This document shows, in pieces, positions 54,601-64,000 of a stretch of DNA of 64,000 nt. The position numbers were made by a program, and so were the translations under genes. Source of the DNA: Azolla caroliniana (taxonomy: Eukaryota; Plantae; Polypodiophyta); NCBI GenBank assembly GCA_043228905.1, contig JBHGNT010000001.1, positions 4,154,001 to 4,218,000 on the forward strand. Direction: 5' to 3'. Under the pieces are notes generated by a model. It ran no database searches. It worked only from the letters and a program-made list of their open reading frames with translations, and was not told where the DNA came from. Numbering within the stretch: position 1 is the stretch's first letter; each line of letters begins with the position of its first letter.

Positions 54601-57098
54601 ACGCCCTTATTCCGAAAGATGATCGCCGAAAACTTGCACCTCGGTCCAGGAAATGCATTTTCCTTGGATATGGATCCGACGGCGAAATGGGATACCGACT
54701 CTGGGACCCCGAACGCAGACAAATCGTTCGAAGTTCGGACGTTGTGTTCAACGAGTCGGCTATGAATCCATCAGTCGAAAAACCGATCGAAGTCCGAAGG
54801 GTAACATTTTCCGATGTGCCGACCCTTCAAGAAGGCCCCGCTCTCAACACACGGTCAGCTTCACGGGTAGCTGAACCTTACACTACCGACTCGGACAACT
54901 CCGACTCGGCACAGCAGAACAATCCGCTTTCGGACCATCCGACCACGATACCCGATGCGACCAGTCCAATCATGCCTCGACGATCCGAGAGACTGTCGCA
55001 ACCTCCGGAGAGGTATTCTCCTGGAATTTTCTTCACCGACGCCGGCGAACCGACGTCTTACGAAGACGCATCGACATCTGTCGATTCAGCCACCTGGCAT
55101 CTGGCGATGGAGTCGGAAATGCACTCCATTCGGGCAAACAAGACTTGGGATCTGGTTGAATTACCCAGGAACCGACGTGCTCTTCCTTGCAAGTGGGTTT
55201 ATCGACTAAAAGAGACGTCTGATTCGACCACCCCAAAGTACAAGGCCAGATTAGTTGCGAAGGGCTTCCGACAAGAATATGGTGTCGACTTCGACGAGAT
55301 TTTTTCACCAGTGGTGAAAATGACAACCCTTCGTTTCCTACTCGGCGTAGTGGCAGCCGACAACTTGGAGCTGATTCAGCTAGATGTCAAAACAGCATTC
55401 CTCCATGGTGATCTTGACGAGGAAATTTATATGGAGCAGCCAAAAGGCTTCGTGGCCACCGGCCAAGAACATCTAGTCTGCCGACTCAGGAAGAGTCTAT
55501 ACGGCCTCAAACAGGCACCGCGACAATGGTACAAGAAGTTCGACGACTTCATCCAATCGATCGGCTTCTCCAAAAGCGATGAGGACCATTGTCTCTTCAC
55601 CAATACAGCTCAAGATGGATCACCCATCTTCCTCATCATTTACGTGGACGACATGCTAATTTCTGGACGCCACGCGGGCGAACTTGCCGATCTCGTTCGG
55701 CAACTGCGGTTGAAGTTTGCCATGAAGGACCTCGGTCCGGCACGACACATCCTTGGCATGAAGATTAGTCGGCATCGCGATAAACGACATCTTTTTCTGT
55801 CTCAGACCGACTATATCCGACGTGTCTTAGAACGCTTCAACATGCAATCAGCCAAATCTGCTTCAACCCCGCTCCCTATGAATCTTCGGCTCTCTCAGCG
55901 AGACTGCCCGACATCCGGTCCGGAGGGGGAAGATATGAAGTCGGTACCGTATGCACCGGCAGTCGGCTCCCTTATGTACCTGATGGTCGCGACACGGCCT
56001 GATATTTCTCACGCCGTAGGAGTCGTCAGCAGATTTATGCACAATCCTGGCCGATCGCATTGGAACGCAGTCAAGCATGTGTTCAGATATCTGGCTGGCA
56101 CAAAAGACCACGGCATTCTTTTCGGTCCGAACCGAACCTCAGGCGTAGTCGGTTACACCGACTCGGATTTCGCCGGCTGTATAGACAGTCGGAAATCAAC
56201 AACCGGATACTGCTTCAAATTCGGCAATGGAGCAATCTCGTGGAAGTCGAAACTTCAGGAGTGCACAGCGACCTCAACGACCGAAGCAGAATATGTAGCT
56301 GCGTCCGACGCAGCAAAAGAAGCTTTGTGGCTCGGTCGGCTGGCGCACACGTTTCGACAAGTCGAACATGACTCGGCTCCAGTTGTCTACAGCGACAGTC
56401 AAGGTGCTGTTGCCTTGTCGAAAAATCCGGTTCACCACAACGCCTCCAAGCATATCGACGTTCGATATCACTTCGTTCGGGACTGCGTCATTTCAGGGAA
56501 AATCGGTCTAGAGAAAATATCCACAACCGACAATGTCGCAGATGGAATGACCAAATGTCTTTCGGCAGACCGCTTTCGGTCTCTTCGGCATCAGATGGGC
56601 GTAACGACAAACCAGTCCGGTTAGAGCCGGACACAGAGCAGGATGGTTCCCGACAACCGACGTCAGTTCCTTAATGATCGACTTCAACTGTTCCGACCCG
56701 ACCAGTTCGGTCTTCTGCCTTCGGACCCTGCCGACTTGAACAAAGCTGATATGTCCGAGAACCTAAGTCTATACCTGTAATCTTAGATAACCCATGTATA
56801 CGCCCATTACGGGGGAGTGTCGAATACATGTGTATAATGGACGTATTCACACTATTCCGTTTTGGCCATTTATGAAATTATCATAAAGGGTAGTTGCCCT
56901 AAGTCGGTCACTATATATAGTGACCTTGTAACCTCTTTGTGAGGTTGGATGTTGTATTATTTGCTTTATGGAATAAAGACTCTTTTGTGCCTCTCTCTCT
57001 CTCTCTCTGTGCAACGACCTACCTTCTGTCATACGCAGGTACTCAGAACAGAACTGAATGCTCCTTGATCTTCCGCATTGACGACCTCGCTTTCAACA
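51666..57098 (+). mobile_element. Copia E: intact, young Ty1/Copia element
   Basis: 281-bp LTRs 51666-51946 and 56818-57098 appear identical. TSD CTAAT at 51661-51665 and 57099-57103. PBS TGGTATCAGAGC 51949-51960; PPT GGGGGAG 56811-56817. Confidence 0.98.
52611..56624 (+). CDS. Copia E gag-pol polyprotein (1337 aa), uninterrupted
   Basis: CNYCKKPGHIKADC, WLLDSGAS, LVHSDVCGP..FIDD..TDNGGEF..NGIAER, YVDDML, TDSDFAG..TEAEY..SDSQGA. Confidence 0.97.
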   Translation: MASTSGSSEMSLRKFDGSNFNFWKEQMQDYLIVKGQIDPIENEEPPEGYKPVEWQKLDRIVRATIRMHLSESVYFTVQSCTTAFELWKTLSDTYEKKVAATKMFLIRRLYNLRMKESDSVQAHLNEYESISSQISSQGTAIEDELRAMILMSSLPSSWETFVTTVCNASTTAVKYSEVTSAILTEAARRKSFAKDSTDDAYVVQGLTDRSNIRGRDSSRPPNNQRRRSQSRDNRICNYCKKPGHIKADCRALKNKNNKKSGRHEEINYVSFSADVLPDDPNILSIENPVGSEVLLTTEESSTWLLDSGASFHVTPHRSQFRQYTIRHSDSVRVGNSQHCDIVGIGTVELNLAGGSTLVLHNVRHVPELTRPLISVGQLDEDGIRAGFSSGGWTLHRGNLLLARGPKIHSLYPLHVTLREGNLFLVDIPVSSLWHRRLGHLSKAGITHLSRAGYIPKLSFSDHQFCEHCQYGKQAATSHPTSAPRESRPLDLVHSDVCGPMPHQSLGGASYFVTFIDDSTRKVWAYLIRTKDRVFSIFTDWLAMVENQTDRKLKCLRTDNGGEFKSEEFVKFCRQRGIRREFTAPHSPEQNGIAERMNRTIQERIVSMLQHSGLSDGFWAEALLTAVHIINMSPSRPLGLQIPQELWNGSKPNYDKLRIFGCEAYALIPKDDRRKLAPRSRKCIFLGYGSDGEMGYRLWDPERRQIVRSSDVVFNESAMNPSVEKPIEVRRVTFSDVPTLQEGPALNTRSASRVAEPYTTDSDNSDSAQQNNPLSDHPTTIPDATSPIMPRRSERLSQPPERYSPGIFFTDAGEPTSYEDASTSVDSATWHLAMESEMHSIRANKTWDLVELPRNRRALPCKWVYRLKETSDSTTPKYKARLVAKGFRQEYGVDFDEIFSPVVKMTTLRFLLGVVAADNLELIQLDVKTAFLHGDLDEEIYMEQPKGFVATGQEHLVCRLRKSLYGLKQAPRQWYKKFDDFIQSIGFSKSDEDHCLFTNTAQDGSPIFLIIYVDDMLISGRHAGELADLVRQLRLKFAMKDLGPARHILGMKISRHRDKRHLFLSQTDYIRRVLERFNMQSAKSASTPLPMNLRLSQRDCPTSGPEGEDMKSVPYAPAVGSLMYLMVATRPDISHAVGVVSRFMHNPGRSHWNAVKHVFRYLAGTKDHGILFGPNRTSGVVGYTDSDFAGCIDSRKSTTGYCFKFGNGAISWKSKLQECTATSTTEAEYVAASDAAKEALWLGRLAHTFRQVEHDSAPVVYSDSQGAVALSKNPVHHNASKHIDVRYHFVRDCVISGKIGLEKISTTDNVADGMTKCLSADRFRSLRHQMGVTTNQSG

Positions 57099-59324
57099 CT
57101 AATGGTAGTGACCACCATGCACTGGATGACATAGTTGCAAAGTTGCCCATGACATTATTGCCATATAATTAGAAGGAAAAAGAAATACTCTTCCTGACTA
57201 AGAAGGATTATGAAAGAATACATGCACACTAAGTGACCTCACTAACAATAAAGCATGCAAATTTCTATGAAAAAAGTAGAAAGAATAGTGAAAAACTATG
57301 TTTTATCCCATAAAACTTTTTGTATGCATGATAGTTGCTATAATAGAACAAGAAGAATTTTGTTAAGATTGATTAGGAAAGGAATAAAATAATTAACAAT
57401 TCGAGAATAAGGGGTGGAGTCTCCACCAAAAAGATACCCCAAAACTAAGGCCATCATACTAAGTCTTCTACACCAACGTGTGAACAATCAAACTTATATT
57501 TTTCCCAAACAAGCATAAGAAAAGGGTGAAAATGCATCTTGCAAAGTTGCGGGTAAGAGTGGGATAAAGATCGTGTATCGACATAAATAGATAAATAAAT
57601 AAACAATTTCCTTTTTCCAAACTGGCCCTTTGAAAATCTCAAATGTGGCGAGGTAGCCAACTCTACTAATATACTTGATCAAATATACATTCCTCATCAT
57701 TAATAAAATACATTTTATTTCTCTAATGTGCCTCAATACACTCTTAATGTGATCTAGGTACTCTCTCACAAGCTGTTTCCATGAATTCATTAAATGGTTT
57801 AACTGTATAATTATGTTGTATTGTGGGTTATTCATCTTGGACATGAAATTTGATGCTACACAAGTATTTTGTTGAGTGCCATGCCCTTGATCGAGGTTAT
57901 ACAATGGCTAACATAATCAACAAAGTACATGTTGGTTTGGATTCAGACTTAAATTGAGGAGGAAGGGAGTTGGGCTTTGTAGATATATGCATATATGATA
58001 CTAATACCTAAAGCAAGTGATTAATAAAAGTTTGGCTCTCCACTTATCAAATCCATTACCAACAATACGATACATCCTTGAACAAGGAAACAATTATGAA
58101 AAGTTATAACAGAATTAATATTGAAAAATATACGGTTAAAACTTCTCCTATGTCTTATCTCTTCTACTTTTTGTAGCTTTTCCTCGTCATTGGCATTATT
58201 CACCGTGTGATTTTTTGCTTCCACTCAATTCAATTATTGAAGTCATGGTGATCTCTCTATGTTGTCAATGAAATGTTTTTGAAAACACCAAGGGTCGTGT
58301 GGAGCCACGATGGCCTCCACCTCCCAATGGGATGGGGTAACAAAAGAATGATGGTAATAATAACGTAACTTCAAGATGAATGATACCTTCATAATCCTTG
58401 TATCCATTATTATGAGTAATTTATTGGACTAATAAGCCACGCCAACAATGACAAGATAAGTGCAACATTAAACAACACATTTGGTTTCTATTTACTAAGT
58501 GCATACTACTTTAGTAGGCAACTTACGAATAATAGTAACTATGGGATACTTATTGGTTATTCTAGTTACCCCTGAACAACACCTCATAACTATATAGTAG
58601 GTCTTTCATTTTGATCTAATAGGCAACAATATCAATCATCTACACCCTGCATCCTCGTTGAGAACCAACTTTCTAGGACAACACATTCCATTTGATGATG
58701 TGTCAACCCACTCATGACATATTGTTTTTTATGGGTCGCCCACTTGTCCTTGCAACATTGAACGATCATTCCAGTGGGGTAACCATGAAGAAATTCATAA
58801 GACATAAGCAACCCAATTCCGAATTGGCATTGTGACGGAACCACAATATTCCACAATGTGGGAAGAGGCTACAAATGTGGATTTGGGAAAGAGTTACACG
58901 ACGACTTTAGATGTTATGTGTGCATTCTTCGGGGACAAGTAAATGAAAGGGCAATTGTTCTTGATGACTTCCTTTGGGATGGGTGCAACCGTGTCCCATG
59001 GACCACGTTTGGGTGTGAGACCACCCGATTTCGAAGTAACATTTTCATTAGACCACAATAATCTAGAGAGAATCAAGAGAAGCCAGGAATGTAGAATTGG
59101 CGAAGAGGTAGAGGAGAGTTTGGATGATTTTACGGACATGTAAATTGCGGTCGACGGTTCTTGATGGGTGCATGCGACCACATTCCGTCCGGACGCCCCA
59201 ACACCCAAAAACATATGTATGTACATACATACCTCTCTCTATGTACGTTTTTATCTATCTATTATTAAGAAGAAGAAAAACACAGTAAGATTCTCCGATT
59301 TGCAGAGATCTGTCTGCTACCAAA

Positions 59325-62300
59325 ATGTTGCATTGCATCTTCCTCCTCTCAGACACCGGGTAATTGTTCTTGGCTCAGAGAGAGAGAGAGAGAGATGGTT
59401 TTATTTATTTATTGATGCATTCAAATTGTGCTCACAAGACATCGAAATTCATGACTGATCTATGCAGGGGAGTAATGTTAAAAACTAGTAGACTCATCTG
59501 GTTGAAGGTGGCTCGATCTTAAAAGATAAAGATATAGATAGACACACAAATAGTTTTAGTTAATGACTTCGGACGCCAAATCTGAATCTTTGGTTCTATT
59601 AGTATCCTTTGGTTACCAAATAGGAGCTATGCAATCAAAGAATGTGCACGTAATCGTATTTTATGTTATGGTTATGGAATCATTGTAAAAGAAGTCCAAT
59701 AATGAACGTTTTCTCTTCCATGAGAGAGTATAAAAAAATAGAGAAAAGTAAAATGGAAATAAATGAAGCTCATCAAGAAAATGAAAAATGAAACACAAAA
59801 ATCTAAAAAAAATTCAAAAATGAAATATGAAATATGAAAACTACGGGATGGTAGGGGTGCTTGGAGTGGTAGGCTTGTGAGTCTAGAATCCATGGATGAT
59901 GTCTTGACTGCATCAATAGTAGATGTGTTGCCCACGTACCACTTGCTCTTTCTTTTTTCACCTTGTTGATCCTTGAGCTTTTTTGAGAGTTATCACTTCC
60001 ACTATCCCAAAAATAGTGCCTTGGACTACAAGGATTTACACTTTTCTGATTACTAGGAGTTCTCTAAGATTATTGGATTGGGTAATCAGTACTTGGAAGT
60101 GCACTCTAATGTTATCGCATGCTGGACCTCTCAATGTGAAGTGGTGTTGATCTTTACTCTCACAACTTCAGTGATCTTTCCTCCCCAAACGTTAAGTTTT
60201 TTCAAAGGTTAAGTCATGGCAAAGTGCAGTACGTTTTCGATGCCTAAGTCATGGTGACAATCGCAGATAAGAGTGACCTGTAATCTTGCCTTAAATAATA
60301 TGGTAATGAAAGATTGTGCTTGGGATGATCCTGATGCTTCTTTATAAGTTCCCCAAGATGATGGTTTGATGTATGTGTGTATATTGTATGTATATATGTG
60401 AGATGGACAGAGAGAAAGAGAGTGAAATCAAAGATGGGTTTCATTAATGCATCAAATTTGTCATTGCAAAAGCTTGAATATCAAGAGTGGTCTTGCAGGG
60501 AAGTAATGTTGGAAAAACAATGGATGGGGCAACCAGTGGATCGATCCATATGTAGTTGGTTCTGGATGCAGGGTAATACTCCCTCAGGACGCCAAAAGGT
60601 TTGGGGTCATTGTTTTCCCAAACATGTCAAATTTAAATAAGTGAAGTGGAAGCCTTGAAGGCTTTTCTATTGTAAGTTGACATGAAACATGTTACAGAAA
60701 AGTTAAGAACATTTTGAAAGCTTTGACTAGGAAAGGAATGGAACATTTTGAGGAGGATTTTTTAGGAAGAAATTTCAAATTTCAAATGCTATTGTCAGAT
60801 AAAAATTTGTGAAGTAAAGCAATATGGAGTATAAATTATCACAAAAGATGTACTATAAATCATAGGTGTTAGAAATCACTCAAAAAATTGAGAATGTCTT
60901 TTTAGGAAAGAAATTGAAAAGTTTCAAATGCAATTGTCCGATTAAAATTTGAGAAGTATAGGTCGGAATATGCAAATTGGAACTGTTTGAGATTCCAGAT
61001 TCCTAAAGGAAAAAGATAGAAATAGGAAAATAGAGTTTCAGACATATGAAACATATTAGAAGGGCTCAAACAGGTTTTTGGTTTATTGATGTGCATGGAT
61101 AGTCAATCTGATGATTTATTCTTAGTTGATTTCGACTCAATGTAAACCTTTCATGTCTTTTCTGAAGATTTTTTGCATCTAGACAAATGTTAGTCCACTA
61201 TGACAAAGGTGAAAGGACACCTATGAAGGAGATGGTAGTGCTTGAACTATACATTATTGCATATGTATGTGATACATGATATAACTGTGTTGCATAGTAT
61301 TATAACGTTTGTATTGGCCAAAATTCATTGCAGATTCCATCAGTAATTGCATCACCAACCTACTATTTGCTGCATATTGTGCAAGAGGGTATTACCTTTT
61401 TAGCTTGTACCAAGACTGAAATGTCACCTCTTCTTGGCATTGAGGTATTTAATCTATATATTTTCTTAAAATACTACTGTGCCTTGTTTTGTGCTCAATT
61501 GTCACATCTATGATACAAACAATTTACAGATCCTTTAGGGATAGGTACTTACTGAATGAACATGTGCTCATTTGACTGATCATTAATATGCTGTCATCAT
61601 TCTCCAGTTTCTTTGTCGGGTTGCTGAAGCTCTTACAGAATATCTTGGAGCTCTAACTGAGGATCTCATCAAGGATAACTTTGTTATTGTCTATGAGGTG
61701 GGAGTCTTCTTATATACAGTTAATACTAAAAGACCACATTGCTTGATGCATGCTGAAATATCGATAGCTGTGGATGGATAATTGTGTCTCCTATAGATTT
61801 TGAAGATAAGAATTTGCATTCATCTCTGTTTTGCTCCCTATGAAGGTCCAATGTTGCTTGGCAGCTTCTTGATGAAATGATGGACAATGGGTTTCCTCTC
61901 ACAACAGAAATAAACGTGCTGAAAGACATGATTGCACCCCCGAATCTTGTAAGTAGAATGTTAAGTGTAGTTACAGGAGGGTCGTCAAGCATGAACACAT
62001 CATTGCCTTTAACCACAGCCTCAAACTGGCCTTGGCGAGGAAGCAACATTAAATATTCAAACAATGAGATTTATTTTGATCTTGTGGAAGAGATGGATGC
62101 CATAATCAATAGGTAAGCACACCATTTATTTAGGAAAATGTAAGATATAACATTTAGCTTCTGGTGTGTTTTCATTGAGACATAATCATGGATGGTGTAG
62201 GGATGGATTCCTGGTGAAGTATGAAGTATATGGAGAAATACGCGTGAATGCTCGACTTTCAGGTGTACCAGATTTGACGCTAATTTTTGCCAATCCATCA

Positions 62301-63381
62301 ATTATGAATGATGTTAATTTCCATCCATGTGTTCAATATGAACCTTGGGATACTCATAAGATACTATCTTTTGTCCCACCTGATGGTCAGTTTAAACTCA
62401 TGAGCTATAGGTAGATTTCACTACATCATTCTTGTTTCACCTAAATCTTTTACGTTGAATATGTTTGCCTCTGATTTCAACTTTTGGCGTTATGGTCATA
62501 AAATGCAGAATAAAGAATTTGAAGAATACTCCTGTATATGTGAAGCCTCAATTTAGCTCAAGTGACGGAACATGTAGGGTGAATGTTGTCGTAGGTTTAC
62601 GGAATGATCCAGGAAAACCCATAGACTGCATGACAGTGGAGTTTCCTTTGCCGCCTTCAGTGACAACATGGGATCTTACAGCGAATCATGGCACTGTTTA
62701 TAATCTGTCTAACTCTAAGGTAAGAAGAATCAGTTTTGGATATGGTTTTTTTCACTCTTTAGTCAAGGCATATGGGTATAATGTGGTGAAGGCATTTCAA
62801 TTACAATCGAGTTAAGGCTTTAATATATTAATTTGGAGAAACACCAATACATACCCCTAGGTTCTTGTATATTTACCAGAATAATCCTCTGTTTCGAAAC
62901 ACTTACAAAATTACCTTTTGAGTTTTTTTAAGAATTTCAAATTTAATTTGGCCTAAGTAATTTTGATGGCTAATTTTGTTATCTTTCAAAAACTACGGCA
63001 TATCATGAAAAAAATGCAAAACATTAGGAGTGTATTGGTGTTCTTTCCTACTTGTGTCCCTTAGATATCTCAAGTTATCCACATTTTCAGCTTTTTAACC
63101 ATATATTTTTACTTGGTTTTTTGTTCCCTATACAGATAGTTTCATGGACAATAGGGAAGATTCCTAAAGATAAATCCCCATGCCTCTCCGGGACTATGCA
63201 GCTTGAAAAGGGTTTGGAACATTTACAAGAATTCCCGACTTTACTTGTAGCATTTAAAATCATGGGCGTTGCCATGTCGGGGTTGAAGATCGACAAGACC
63301 GAGGTTCGGAATGTATCATACAATCCTTATAAAGGTTTTCGTGCCGTAAGTCGAGCAGCTAGCTACGAAATTAGAACCTAG
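59325..63381 (+). CDS. AP3M: AP-3 complex subunit mu (~416 aa). Exons 59325-59359, 60499-60598, 61334-61444, 61608-61697, 61865-62112, 62201-62410, 62509-62719, 63136-63381
   Basis: All introns GT-AG with consistent phases. MLHCIFLLSDTGEVMLEKQ..IKDNFVIVYELLDEMMDNGFPLTTE..NNEIYFDLVEEMDAII..LSGVPDL..FHPCV..SFVPPDGQFKLMSYR..PYKGFR are adaptor mu motifs with a mu3-type N-terminus. Confidence 0.92.
62835..63048. mobile_element. Putative MITE (long imperfect terminal inverted repeats) in the last AP3M intron
   Basis: GGAGAAACACCAATACATACCCCTAG.. versus the reverse complement of the right end GGAAAGAACACCAATACACTCCTAA..; similarity continues ~80 bp. No clear TSD. Confidence 0.55.
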
Positions 63382-64000
63382 TTGAACTTGATCTTCATAA
63401 GCTTTACACTTGGACATTCACATATATTTCTTCTTTGAATTCTCGGTTTTGACATTGTTGGGTCATTTTATCTATTGAATTGAGGCTATTGATGAATTCC
63501 TGAAATCTCTTTTGGGTTTGAACACTTTGGAGTTTGTTTTTCTGTTTTAATTCATTCAATTTTTGTTGGTTTTCAGACATATTCTTTTATGTGTAGACCT
63601 TGTCATGTGGCTAGATACTTACAGATAGAACCACTCCTCCTTGAGTATACTTACCTTCTTAAGCTTCATATTCATTATTACCATCATTCTTTGTAAGTAT
63701 AAAATCTTCGATTGTATCGTCAGTTTTTGGAATAGGAAATATGAAAGACAATAATATGGCCTACAGGGTGACGTCTTAACGTATATGCTAAGTCTTTAGC
63801 CTTATCCAGATTTAAGATATCCAGAATATCTATGAGCTAACTTACTACTGAAGTTTCTTTTTCATTCTAGAGTTTTTCTTTTAAATGATTCATATATAGA
63901 TGGGCCTTTTGCAACATGTTCTACTGCCATATATGCTTTTTATTTAGTGCCATCATTTGATTTTGACCTCTACTCATAGTTAACCTACTACATGTCTAAA

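Noticed and set aside
57104-59250. ORFs 57494..57904 and 58894..59226, together with 50500-51660, as a gene or TE interrupted by Copia E
   Set aside because: No recognisable domain or splice structure; would need a translated homology search.

Overview
Land-plant nuclear DNA; the gene and TE content suggests a seed-free vascular plant such as a fern, but this cannot be proven from the window. Bases 1-35.7 kb are one nested LTR-retrotransposon cluster whose history can be rebuilt from LTRs, primer-binding sites (PBS) and target-site duplications (TSDs). An old Copia (G, 5' LTR 35212-35684) hosts three insertions: (i) a truncated LTR H (1-315); (ii) Copia A (678-28897), which contains young Copia B (1720-7059) and Gypsy C (10234-27469), with C in turn containing young intact Gypsy D (16412-23533); (iii) a pol-less Gag-only element F (30146-34291) holding a Copia solo LTR. 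All eight elements lie on the minus strand. Bases 36-64 kb are AT-rich and hold two LINE relics, a DUF3511 gene, an RHF1A/2A-like RING-H2 E3 ligase gene, an intact young Copia E (51666-57098) and an AP-3 mu subunit gene. The most unusual signal is the D/F/H group. D and F share an 18-nt tRNA-Trp-type PBS. D has a 4-bp TSD, and all three flank a CCGN site. D has Gag-protease and Pol joined by a tightly constrained G_GAT_TTT -1 frameshift. F is a non-autonomous partner encoding capsid-like Gag fused to an acidic repeat tail. All coordinates were read by eye.
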